A stretch of 64,000 nucleotides of DNA, taken from NCBI GenBank assembly GCA_030704615.1, contig CM060733.1, positions 59,272,001 to 59,336,000 on the forward strand, written 5' to 3'. Below the pieces are notes generated by a model, which was not told where the DNA came from, made no database searches, and saw nothing but the letters and a program-made list of their open reading frames with translations. Position numbers and translations under genes: made by a program. Origin of the DNA: Takakia lepidozioides. Lineage: Eukaryota > Plantae > Bryophyta. Shown in pieces: positions 39,139-51,286 of this stretch (its first letter is position 1; each line of letters starts with the position of its first letter).

Positions 39139-42100
39139 CTAATCAACTTGAACATCCTCATCCGGAGCTTCTTCATCCTCATCAAGCTGCAAGTTTTCTT
39201 GGTCATCGGAGTCATCGTCATAAATGGCCCGGCCCTCAAAAGGCACCTCCGAATCATCCTCCACCTCGTTGTCAATGGCCGTGTCTTCGTCTCCTTCTCC
39301 AACATCCGTATTTTCTAAAGCTTCATCATATAGGGTCCAGGATGCATTGTCCGGGGCGTCATCATCCTCTTCTACCCCCTCTACCCAACCTCCATCATCA
39401 GCATCATTATGACCAGTCTCTCCGTCCACCGCAATTGCCTCACCCCATGGAGATTCGAGACCATGATAGATGCGTCTTCTTCTTGGCTGAGCATGCACAA
39501 CCACCTTCCAATTCCCCCCTCTTGTTTTGTCATCGGAGAAGAAAACTTGCTCCATGTCTGAAGGCCATGAAAAAGGCTCATCGAAGGGACGATGAGTAGG
39601 GTTGAGCATATCTGCATTAACGCGCATGAAATCACAATCATCTTGCACTAGTGTTACGGAGGGCCCCACAAGATGTGACTGGAACCACCTTCCTTTGAAG
39701 AGAAGAGGCCGGTACCTTGTATACTGAAGTTGGAGTATGCTCTCAAGGTCTCCAATGTACTCAAGTTTGCTCATAGCAGGTCGTGTATCTCCCTTGCCCC
39801 ACACGGAGTCTTGCCAATATGTGGCACACAAGCCAAAATCAAAGGTTGTTTTGTGCTTCATGTCAAGAACACGAATGCGGAAATGACGACCGTGAACCCA
39901 AACCGCCGTGTATGAGGTGGCGAATTGAGAGGGGCCCCTTGCAATGTTTTGCACCAAATCTGAAACCACCTCTCTTTGAGCAATGGCATCATAAACTGAA
40001 GTCCGAAGCCACTGTTGGAATGAACTTAGAGGCTGCAATTCCATGGGCAAATTTTGTGAAGGAACATTCTGGCGGCCCGCTCCTCGTCGTGGGCGTCTAG
40101 TAACCGGCCTTGGATGGTTCCACCTCCATGCAAGCGTCTCCTCCTCTCGTTGCTGAACAAGATTATTGTATCTTGCCTCCCGCTTATGTATGGATGGGAT
40201 GTTTTTCAGTATGAAGTCATGCGCTTGTTCAATCACCAAGGTCGGCAATTTTACCCTCTTCCATTTTTTGGGCAAAACGATGTCCATGGTTCGTGCATCC
40301 TCGTCTTCCTTCCACATCCGAAGGGCTTCCTCATCCACCCTTGCCATGTACTCCGTGCAATAGAACATAGATTTTTGCAACGTATACCCCTCCGCCATGC
40401 TACCCTCCAAGTGCATCATTTGTCTTACAAATCCTTTCAAAGTCTTCATATAACGCTCAAGAAAGTACATCCACCGAGAATGAACGGGGCCGGCAATTGA
40501 AGCCTCTTCCACTAAGTGCACTACCAAGTGCACTTGGATGTCAAAGAAGGAGGGAGAAAGGTGCATCTCCAACATACACATTACCTCCGCCGCCATCCTT
40601 CTTCATGCGTGGAAAATCTGCTTCTTCCACTCTTTGGAGCAATCCACCGGAACAATCCTCCCATCTATAATTGTCTCACGAACCTCGGGAGTCAATGTCC
40701 CACATACTGCAATGGGCACGATGTCTTGCAATAGATTGTGTAGTCATGAGACTTCAACCATGGACCCCGTCTTCTTCGTTGAACTTCGTACGGAGGGATG
40801 ACCCATAACCAGTTGGTGTTCGGACAGCACTTATGGTGGCTATCACTTTTTTGTATTCATCTTTAGTCCCTTGCCAGGTGCGCGCCTATACTTCCACCTA
40901 CAACACCCTTTGGGTCCACACCATTTTTGTTCGGCCCATAGAGACACACTGCGCCCTGCTCCTCAAGCTCCTTTCTAACAACGAGAGAATCTCCTTTTGC
41001 AGCCACTCCCTTTTTTGCCGGCGTGCCATGAAGAACCCAAAAAAGGACGAGCAGACATTCTTCTCAATATGCATGGGATCTAGAAGATGACGAATCTTCA
41101 GGTCCTACATATATCCCCACCCACAAAGACTTACACAAATTTTGTTTACGTGAAAGTGACAATGCAACGCATACCAAATGTGCAATATCACATGCATGCA
41201 TAGGGATATTGATGGTGTTTTTGTGGAATATGTACCGCCCAATATGACAACTCGTAGAAGATTGAAAGTCCTTTCATGTCGGGCACGTCCACTTCAACCG
41301 TCCGTGCCCATGGGCCTCCTTCTATTGGTCCTCCCCAAACTGCCCTGACGGTGTTATAATGGGGGGGACGTACTTCCTCTTTGCCATCAAACAAGTGTTT
41401 CTCTCTTCTTCTCCATCGATGGCTCATAGGAAGAAATTTGCGGTAGTTGAGATACACAATTTTGTGAAGATGGCGGGAGCTATGTGCATCAAGATCATCG
41501 CCACAATGCAAACATGCATGGTACCCTTTGGTTCTTAGCCCTGAGCAAACAGTTAGTCTTGTACTATACATCCTGCCACATTAGCCAAAACAAAAAGTTG
41601 TCATGTGCATGGCCCATAATGTCATCTACCCCACTACGGTATACAAGACTGTCGTCGCTACTTCAATATCAATTTTCCAATCATCGATATTATCTGGCAT
41701 TGACAGTGAATGTACGCGGGTTGTTCATGGGGAACATAATATACCTGGATAATCATGCATTGTCCAAAGCAAGATGCCTCTCATCTGAAAAGATTGTATG
41801 GCCATAGGGTCAAGTGAAGCATCCAATGCCGGGACCCCCCTCCATAGCTCCTTAAGTTCATCAACAAGGGTCGCAAATACGTGTCCATGTTTGCCACTTG
41901 TTTTTTCACTATGAGACATTCACTCAATTGTTTCAATGCTCCACCAATATGCAAACTATACTACAAAATAATTACACGTCTTACTCCATGATTATGTCAC
42001 TCATTAATCTTGCATCGAATTGCCGTCAGAGATCAGAAGTTTAATGTAAAGTCTAAGGCAATAATAAACATGAAATGAGTATACTCACCTGGCACAATGG

Positions 42101-43280
42101 CAGCCAACATGATATGGCTTTTTTTAATTGAAAGATGTGGAGGGATGTTGTAATTCACCATGGTCACCGGCCAAGTGGAATGACTACATGACTGGACAGA
42201 GAATGGGTTGACCCCATCCGAGGAGAAGCCAAGGTGGACATGTCATAGGTCCTCCAAGAGAAAATGCCACATCTCTTCAATATGCCTCCATGCTTGTGAA
42301 TCTTGTGGCCCGCACACCTTTCCCGGGGGGCTCCGATGCGAGGCGTGCCATCTCACGAGTCGGGCCAATTCAGGGCTTTGGTACTGTGCCCTCAATCGCA
42401 GGATGATCGAAAAGTAATGCATTTTCTAGGATGAAATATCCCACGCCCCCCACATGTAATCATCCCATTAGCACACATAATACAACACCCTTTATGTCTT
42501 TCCCTTTATGCAGCCTCTCCCTCATTTGGGTGTGAATGGTCAAAACCGAACGTCATTCCTTCCACTCCTCACTCACTCCTTCCAAACCACAATTAGATCT
42601 TGCATGAGTACTACTCTCTAACCCTAAACTTTGTGGAATACACTTTACATACATTGAGAAGATTAAAAAAAGTAATCTTCATGCGAGGGGGAATGGCGCT
42701 TTTACCTTGCGTGGTACTTTTTTCCCTTGGACATCATCCCGATATCGGTCTTTTTTGCACTTTGGGCACTTGGTGAGATGCGAATCCTCTCCGTAGTATA
42801 GGGTTTTATCACATGGACATGCATGAAAAATCTTATAGTCCATCCCCACAGAGTCCAAGACTTCGCGACCGTGGCATCTTGGGTTTCAAGTGTGGAGCAA
42901 GGATATAGTCTGCAATAGTTCGCATTATGGCAGACATCCCAACATTACTTATGCCAAATCTAATTTGAAGATTGAGCAAAAGTAAGATTGTTGAAAGTCG
43001 ACTCACTTTCGCCCCTCGTACAAGGGAGTTCTCGCCTCCCTCTCCATGTCATTTGAGGGGGCCATTTCAGGATCATCGATTGGTCGGTTTCCCTCTTCAT
43101 GGGATACATCAGCGCCCACATAATGCATTAAGAGATCCTCCATGGCTTGCACATCCTCCTGGTTAATTCCATGTTCATTTTTGTTGTCACTGTCATCGTC
43201 ATCATCGTCCGGTACCGTGGGGGCGGCGTCTCGCCCACGGCTCCCGCCTGATGTACTTGGGTTATTTTCGGATGGGGTGC
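39139..43280 (-). pseudogene. CACTA TnpD/Tnp2 transposase, spliced and disrupted
   Basis: FHACPCD...CPKC (~42830-42760), LGFSSDGVNPF...WPV...NIPP (~42230-42130), LLWTMHDYPG, KGYHACLHC, DPMHIEKNV, PSFFDIQVHLVVHL...GPVHSRWMY. Confidence 0.92.
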
Positions 43281-44319
43281 CAAGAAAAAGGACCGGGAAG
43301 GGATGGACAAAGTCCTGATACGAACAAATGAACATAAAGACATATATTATAATGTGTCATTGCAACCATACACTTCATTATAAGCGAAATGCAAACAACA
43401 ACCTTCAATGTGTGTGTGCATCAAATATGTCATTCAATAATTACATGTATGTGCGCAACGTATACGCATGCAAAGTTTCAAACCCAAACAAAATCATTTG
43501 CCCCCCCAATGACGCATTTACCCTATCAACCAATTTTTTTTTATTAATGTGAAAGAAAATCCTCTCATGCCATTGCTCCCAACAAACGGATGTGGCTCAA
43601 GCTTCATTTTTTCCTACATGTGCTTAAATATGTGTGCAACACTTGTACAAAGATCCAGCAGATAAAAAATAAAATAAAAATAAAAAATAAAAAATAAACA
43701 AAACCTCCCCAACGATGCACTCAAATTTTGAATTAAATCGAATTTAAATGATTTTAAAATAAATATTTGCATTTAGAAAATATATGATTGCGGTTTTGAG
43801 GGGCGTAATGATTTTATTTTTAGCTCTATTTTATTCCGTGACATCGGGCTTTGCACCACTACATCCATGCATAAAATGGGACCAAAACTAAATGGAAAAA
43901 AAATAAGTGTGTTTCTAGGGTCACTTTTGCAAAATTCTCTATAAAGAGTGCATGAAGTTGAAAACAACGCAATTTTGGAGTGCAAATGAGATGACAAAAT
44001 CTGGTTATGGGTCTAAACGACTTTTGTTTACTCCCAAATTTTGCACGCACATTGCATATGCTATCATTAAGCATATGGCTTGAAAATGGAATAAAAAAAA
44101 ATCATTTGCAGACGAAACACAATTTTCCGTCTTTATGACACGTAGCTGCGTTCACACTAGAATGACCCATTGAATCAACTTGGTTCAAGCTCATATTTTG
44201 GTCCACATGTGCATAAGTATGTTTAGATCACATATGCAAAGTTGCAACCCACGAGCAATAAGAATTTTTTTTACATCAATCGATTAATCGGATGTATACA
44301 AAGTACATCATGAGAATAT

Positions 44320-45060
44320 CTACAATGCCTCTCTACGCGATCCCTGTCTCAAAGGAACCCTATTTCTATTATACACATCCCACTCACGCTGTAATCGGAG
44401 GTCCCAATCATCTCGGGAGAACTCGTATGATGCAAATAGTTCGCTGCCAGCCCTAATAGTCCTACTAGCACATGTCATCACAAACATGTGCATCCCCTCA
44501 CAGTATACTGACGTATGACCACAAAAACTCTCATGCCCATCGCTTCGCTCGTCCCATACTACATTGGTTCTCCTAGGATGACCAAAAGAACTATTGACCA
44601 GCCCAGCAACATTGCCGAAGATGTCGGGGTCACCATCACAAAATCTGATCTCAATGGGAGACAACTCCCGTTTACGTACATCCTGTCCGTTCACACACAA
44701 AATGTAGGGTACGATGTATGGGGCTTCGAGGCGTAATGTACGGAACTCCGCGGAGGTGTAGTATGGACCGTAGTAGGGAAACAAGTCTACCATGCTCTTT
44801 TTCCGAGGAGGAACCACAATATCATTGACCGTGAATAAACCCCGACCCATAGCAGGGTCTATAGCGGCTCTCACAACATACCGTCTCCCCCAATACTCGA
44901 ACTCCACATTTTCTCGATGGGGGTGGAGGGTCGAGATGATTCCCCCAACAACGAGGCTGGATGGTCCTCAGTAACATAGTCCTATGCGCTTCCCATCGGG
45001 GGCGAGGATCCGGCTCAGGCCGCCCAAGCCGAAGGGGAGGAACCTAGGGCGAAGCCGACC
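44320..45060 (-). CDS. SET-domain protein inside the CACTA element (one upstream in-frame stop, preceded by a Pro-rich linker)
   Basis: MGRGLF (motif I), AGLVNSS...TNV (motif III-like) and RTIRAGSELFASY (motif IV) in ORF 44320..44907. ORF 44968..45219 is in the same frame. Confidence 0.7.
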
Positions 45061-45264
45061 CCTCCTAGGGGTTCGGGGGGGGCACATGCAGTGGAGGTGG
45101 AGGTGGAGGTGGAGGTGGTGGTGGTGGTGGTGGTGGAGGTGAAGGTGGTACTGCTGGCGGAAAAGATGAAAGTGGAGGTGGTTGAGGATGTAATGTCGGA
45201 GGTGTAGCCGGGGGTACAACGTCTGGATCAGGTACTACCGGAGGTAGATCAGGCAAAGAAACGA

Positions 45265-45298
<34 letters not shown>

Positions 45299-45624
45299 TG
45301 CTTGTCGCCGGCCATAACGCCTACGAACACCTACGATACCCCTCGACCCTACGCATCTCATCTACGTGCTGCTGGGGAACCAACTGGTCACATTGGCATA
45401 TGCTTTGGCACAAATTCTGCAAGTAGACCGGCGCGAAATGCCTCATGTGCAATGTGATTGCGAGCTTGGCATCAAGTCGTGGCTACAATGTGCGTAGTGA
45501 ACGACGCATCAATACTTATGTCGTAATTTTGATTCATGTATGCTTACCAATCATACTATATTATTAGATAAACCTAAATGTACCTTAAATGAATGTTGAT
45601 GAGAGGGGTGGGAAAAACACTCAC

Positions 45625-46046
45625 CTTTGCCGCATCCGCAATCTTGTTCTTCTTGTAATGTTTTTTGACAACATGCGGTCGCCGCCTCGGTGGTCTGGTG
45701 CTACCCGATGGTATCCATTCCCAACACTTAGTGCACCAACACTCAATCCTGTTGGGGGGGGGGGGGGGGGGAGGGGGGGGTGGAGGGGGGGTCAAAGTGG
45801 GGTTAGATGGGGTGGCCCACAAGGGGGCAACCTGCGGCACGCCCGACTCGATCCCGGAGTGTCAACATCCTCCGCATCACCTGAAATTTGGCCCCGGTCC
45901 CTTCTACGATTGTGCCCGGCAGCCTGAATTGGATCAGGTGCAATGGGTGGCTCCTCGCCATGAAAAATGGTCGCTCTAGGGCCACAATTGATATGTGGTA
46001 CTACCTCCCCATCCTCGAGGGAGACGGGTCGATGTTTCCTCACCAT
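45625..46046 (-). pseudogene. Probable first exon of the CACTA transposase unit (transposase-associated CxCxxC...H domain)
   Basis: RIECWCTKC...HVVKKHY, followed by a GTGAGT donor near 45625. Confidence 0.45.
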
Positions 46047-47289
46047 CGTATCCTAATTAACACAAACCACCAGCACTTTCATTTCTCAAAAATCGTTGGC
46101 AAAAAAACCCTATGCCTCAGCCTCGGGGCTTTCAAAATTGGTAACCAAAGGCGGAGCATCCCTATAGTGCTAGAGCCCAAGACAATAAATCCTTCCTCTC
46201 GTTCTATCTTCAGGATGGGGTGGAGTAGGTTCCCCCAACCTTGAATTTCAACATGCATAAACTGATGTTATATTGTGAGGGGATCCTGCAAATCCTACTT
46301 TGCCGTGTCATCTTCTCTTGTAATACGAACTGACACAATACGAGACTTTGCAAACACCATGGAAAAATTTGTTGAGACCCAGCGCTTTGCGATTATCAAA
46401 TTGAACCACATTTTGGGTATGTGAATCCTAATTACACCGTTTATCCATTTAACCCCAAGACCCACAATCAAAACCGCCAATCCAAAAACCAGCACCATAA
46501 AGAAAATCAAACACCCTAACCTAGTACCATATGAAAATAATAATAATAATAAACTAAGAAATCCAAAAGGCCCTAAACCCTAAACCCACAAAGGCCGGCC
46601 GTCGCCTCCTGCGACCCCCTTGCGTCGCATTTGACGACCAACTTTTTCAATTTTTTACCCGGGGGTCGCACCCCGCGACGGAAAGCCGTCGCGGGGGGTG
46701 ACGTGTTTTTTTTTAATTTATGGGGCCGGCGGTCGCAAGCAACGACGGCCGGCCGTCGCAAATATCATTTTTACATTTCAAAAAAAGGGTGGGGCGCAGG
46801 CGTGCGACAGCCGGGCGTCGCACGTAGGTGCCGCGCATTTTTTTTTCCCTAAGTGCTTGAAGCATCTCTTTCCCTTCCCGTTTTCATTTGTTTTTTGGGA
46901 GAGAGGTAGTTCAGAGAGTGGGGTTTAGGGTGGAGGAGAAACGCACCTGCTGCTGAGCCCGAGGTGGTCGCAAGGCCCCAAGGAGTTTGCCCCCAACGCC
47001 GCTCCAACGCCCAAGGTAAGCACTGCCCCCTCCCTCACTTTCTCTCTTGCTTTCTTGCCCTAAGCACGGGTTGATGTTTCTCTCCCCTGTGTGGTAGGAA
47101 CGCCGCGTAGAGGCGCGACCTAAACGAGCTGAAGAGAGAGAGAGAGCCGTGGTGAGCGGGGGAGAGAGGCCCTGTAGCGGCGGGGACCCGCGCCGCTGGC
47201 AGCCGCGACAGCACCGCAGCAGCTCGCCGCGCCAACTAGTGTTCAAGCACCAGCAACAGCAACAGCCGCAGCAGCAGAGGTACGTCAGG

Positions 47290-47710
47290 GAAATTGCACT
47301 CTCCCTTTCCTCTCTGCTTCTGTTTACTGTTCAAAGGTAGTCTTCCTGCCCTGAGTTTAAATTTAGGTCTGGTGCCAAGAGTGGGATAGACCCTTGAGCG
47401 CATCCATGATGTCCTCCCCCATGTCACAGACTGGAAACAAGTTCAGAGAAGTTTTCTTCCTAACTTCATTTTCATCGGACAATTTTCTGGTAATAGACAT
47501 GGCTTTGGACACTACATTCTCTAAGTCAGGTTTATCCAGCAAGGTCAAGACTTGCGGGTCCAGATTCAGATCCTTGAGAATCTCTTCTACTCTCTTTTCC
47601 CAGGGCTTACCCTGTTTGACAAGGCGGTCCTGTTTCCAAGATATAGAGTCGATTAACTTAGGATATCTGGTGTTGGACATATGTTGCAACTGAACCCACC
47701 ATCTGACCTT
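47290..47710 (-). mobile_element. LINE ORF2 C-terminal fragment 1
   Basis: Homologous to 48300-48715 and 50490-50735 (FKLRAGxLPLN). Confidence 0.7.
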
Positions 47711-47769
47711 GAATTTATCTCGTCGGGAGCTTAAAAGAGAGCAGCACAGAAGAAAGGGAGAGAGAGAGA

Positions 47770-47809
<40 letters not shown>

Positions 47810-47833
47810 AAGAGGGAGTGAGAGGGAGACACC

Positions 47834-47963
47834 AGGGGGCAACAAAGGAAAGAAAAGAAGGTGGGGGGGGGGGGGGGGGGGGAGTGACTGAGCTGCTGCT
47901 GCTGCTGCTCAGTCACTCCCCCCCCCCCCCCCACATTTTTTTTCTTTTTCTTTGTTGCCCCCT
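47834..47963. repeat. ~130-bp hairpin module 1
   Basis: AGGGGGCAACAAAG..G(n)GAGTGACTGAGC-loop-GCTCAGTCACTC C(n)..CTTTGTTGCCCCCT, preceded by (GA)n. Confidence 0.8.
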
Positions 47964-47971
47964 CTCTTGGG

Positions 47972-48716
47972 GAAACAAAAGGGACAGATCCTACCTTTGT
48001 CAGGGGCTGACGTTGGTAGTAAGACTTACCTTCACATACAGAATTAATCCGGGTTTTCCAAATATCCTCTACAAATCTCTTCACACAAACATCAATCTGC
48101 TGTGTGTGAGATGCCCAAAAACTAGGCCTCAGAAGGGGCTGGGCTTTTGGCTCAGCCTCGACTTTTTCAAAGTTAGTAAATAGAGGTATATGCACAATTC
48201 CCTTGATAGATTTGAAGAGAACGCCTTTTTGGTGAGAGAACCCCGGACAGTGTATCAGAAAATGAGTACTGTCTTCAGATTGCCCACACAACGGGCAATT
48301 GCACTCTCCCTCTCCTCTCTGCTTCTGTTTGTTGTTCAAAGGTAGGCTTCCTGCCCTGAGTTTAAATTTCAGTCTAGTGCCGAGAGTGGGTAGACCCTTG
48401 AGGTCATCCAAGATGTCCTCCCCCATGTCACTGACTGGAAACAAGTTCAGGGAAGTTTTTTGCCTAACTTCATTTTTATCTGATAATCTCATGGCAACAG
48501 ACATGGTTGGACACTACAGCCTCTAAGTCAGATTTATCCAGCAGGGTGAAGACTTGCGGTTCCAGGTCCAGGTCCTTGAGAATCTCTTCTACTGTCTTCT
48601 GCCAGGACTTAGCCTGTTTGACAGGTCGGTGGGCGGTCCTGTTTCCAAGATATAGAGTCGATTAACTTAGGATATCTGGTGTTGGACATATGCTACAGCT
48701 GACCCCACCATCTAAC
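47972..48716 (-). mobile_element. LINE ORF2 C-terminal fragment 2 with CCHC zinc finger
   Basis: FKLRAGSLPLN...CPLCGQSEDSTHFLIHC. Confidence 0.75.
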
Positions 48717-50116
48717 ATCCCCCCCCCCCAACCCATTTTTTTTCATTGTTGCCCCCTCTCTCCCTCTGTCTCCCTCTCTACTGGGAATTGGCAGTTTGCT
48801 ATCAGTGTTGAATTTTTGTTTTCTCATCCTCTATCAGGCTTTTTCATCAATACCGGATGAGCCACCATGATGGACACTGAATTACCTCTAGGATGGTTCT
48901 TTTGGCCTTTTCATTCCTCCTTTATTGACTCTCATCCATACCGGATGAATCACCATGGAAGAAAATAATTACCTCTATGGAGGTTGCCAACACCCATGCT
49001 GGACGAGCGCCTTGGGGGGGCGCGAAGACGGCGCCTTGTCTCTCTTGTAGCGGGAAACACCGCTATGAATGCAGTGGCATCTTCCCTCCTCTGGGTTTTT
49101 TTGTGCTTAGCAAGGGTGCTTATGATGGGAAGTTCTCTCCCTCCTTTCTAGTGCCTTGTGATTGTGCCTGCTTTGCTTCATTGCTTATGTGCTTTGTGGA
49201 GGCGGCTTGTTGCGGGTGGTGATGGCGCATAACCCTCTTCCCCAATCGCTTAAGGTGCCTTTGGAGTTTAGGGATTCTCATGTTCTTATCTCTTTCTCTT
49301 GCTTTTGAGTTTCTTAGTTGACATCGATGATAAGTGTGAGGGTCTGTGATTCACCTGGGGTTCCACAATCCTCACTAACCTATTGGTTTTTGTGGGGGCT
49401 TGTGATGGGACCAGGTGAGGATCCTCACCTACTTTGAAGTTTCTTGAGCATGCAGATTTGGGATATGGGCTGAGGAGACCTATCGGTTTGTGTGCTGTGA
49501 GGTGGCTGCTGCCTGCAGCCCCGATTTCATTCTGACTGCCCCTGGCTTGACATGCTACAGTCTGCGTTCTGGCCTTTGTCGTTCTGCCGCCGATGCACAG
49601 CTCGGCCTGACTGGCCTGTTTCCCGAGGCTTGCATACAAACCATACCCTACCTTTTGATCTTTGACAGCAAAGCCTGTGGATTATTAAGCTAGGTTGTAA
49701 GTTCTTTTGGCCAAAGAGGATCTGGTTTTGGGTGGTATGTTTTTGGCGGTTTTGGGTATCTATTGACCTGGTGGCCTTGAAGTTTAAGGCGGCAGCCTGG
49801 TAGGGTATTGCCCTGCTCCTTTTCAGGCCTGCTTCTGATGTGTACTGGATCATAGTAAGGTGTTCTTTGCATGTCTTAGCATGGAACTCTTGAAGGATGA
49901 GGATGGTAAGCTGCAATGGGATCCTACCTATAGTTTTGGATCTGTCATGACATCAGGCCTATGACCTGCAATCTGGTTTTTTATATACAAAAGAGGCTGG
50001 ATCTCGGCTGTTCATGCTGCTTGTTGGTACAAGTCTTGAACCTGCAATTTGACAGGCTGCATCACAAAAATAAACAAACCACAAGGGAGAGAGGGTGTAG
50101 AAAAAGTTAAAATGAT

Positions 50117-50830
50117 TGTACTCATAAGACGTTGTTTGCCGTAGCCTTGTGGCCATTGACCCCGCGCCCAGTTTGAGCGGAAACAAAAGGGACAGAACCT
50201 GCCTCTGTCAGGGGCTGACGTTGGTAGTAAGACTTACCTTCATATATAGAAATCCAGATATCCTGTAGAAATCCCTTCACACAAGCATCAATCTGCTGTG
50301 TGTGATTTGCCCAATAACTAGGCCTCGGGAAGGCTTGGGCTTTTGGCTCAGCCTTGAGACTTTTAAAGTTGGTAAACAAAGGTACAGGCACAATTCCCTT
50401 GGTAGATTTGAAGAGAACGTCTCTTTGGTGAGAGAACCCTGGATAGTGTTTCAGAAAATGAGTATTGTCTTCAGATTGCCCACACAACGGGCAATTGCAC
50501 TCTCCCTTTCCTCTTTGCTTCTGTTTGTTGTTCAAAGGTAGGCTTCCTGCCCTGAGTTTAAATTTCAGCCTAGTGCCGAGAGTGGGTAGACCCTTGAGGT
50601 CATCCAAGATGTCCTCCCCCATGTCACTGACTGGAAACAAGTTCAGGGAAGTTTTCTGCCTAACTTCATTTTCATCAGACAATCTCATGGCAATAGACAT
50701 GGCTTTGGACACTACAACCTCTAAGTCAGATTTATCAACCCATATTGCAGATCCGTACTCCAAGGTAGGTCTAATAATGCGACAAAGCATGGTTTTCTTA
50801 ACCTCAGAGTTGACCCCTCTGCAGAAAAAG
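50117..50830 (-). mobile_element. LINE ORF2 C-terminal fragment 3 including the stop codon
   Basis: IIRPTLEYGSAIW (RT thumb) fused by internal deletion to FKLRAGSLPLN...CPLCG..HFL. Confidence 0.75.
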
Positions 50831-51286
50831 TTTAAAAGAGAGAGGGAGAGGGAAGATATTCACGTCATGTCAAGACATGGACAGGACCCATAAGGGTTAT
50901 TGTCAATTAAAGACATAAACAGCCATGGATAGGGCACTATCTCACATTTCCAGTCTTGTCAAATCATCCCAAAAGACACCACCCAATCATCCAAGACAAA
51001 ACAAGGTGGGAGGGCGGGGTTTGTTCTTGTGTGGGACAAGATAAGATATTGTTGTCCCTGTGCAGGCTGCAAGGCCTCTTGGTTCAGCCTGTACACATAC
51101 CAGCAGCTTACCATTTCAGCCATTAATTATGGCAGGTCATGCATTAGCGAAGGCATAAGGACCAGCCTGCAGTTTGTCAGAATCTCAGTATGCCACCAAG
51201 CAGTCCAACTTGAGCAAGATGAAATAGATTCCATTCACCCCGAGATATGTGATCATACAAGGTATCAAGGGCAACAAAAAAGAGAG

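Noticed and set aside
46571-46587. Telomere or telomeric junction (CCCTAAA x2; also ~38800 and ~52736)
   Set aside because: Only 2-3 imperfect units inside TE sequence; more like telo-box motifs.
49286-49916. Gene between the LINE fragments
   Set aside because: Short overlapping ORFs with no recognisable domain.
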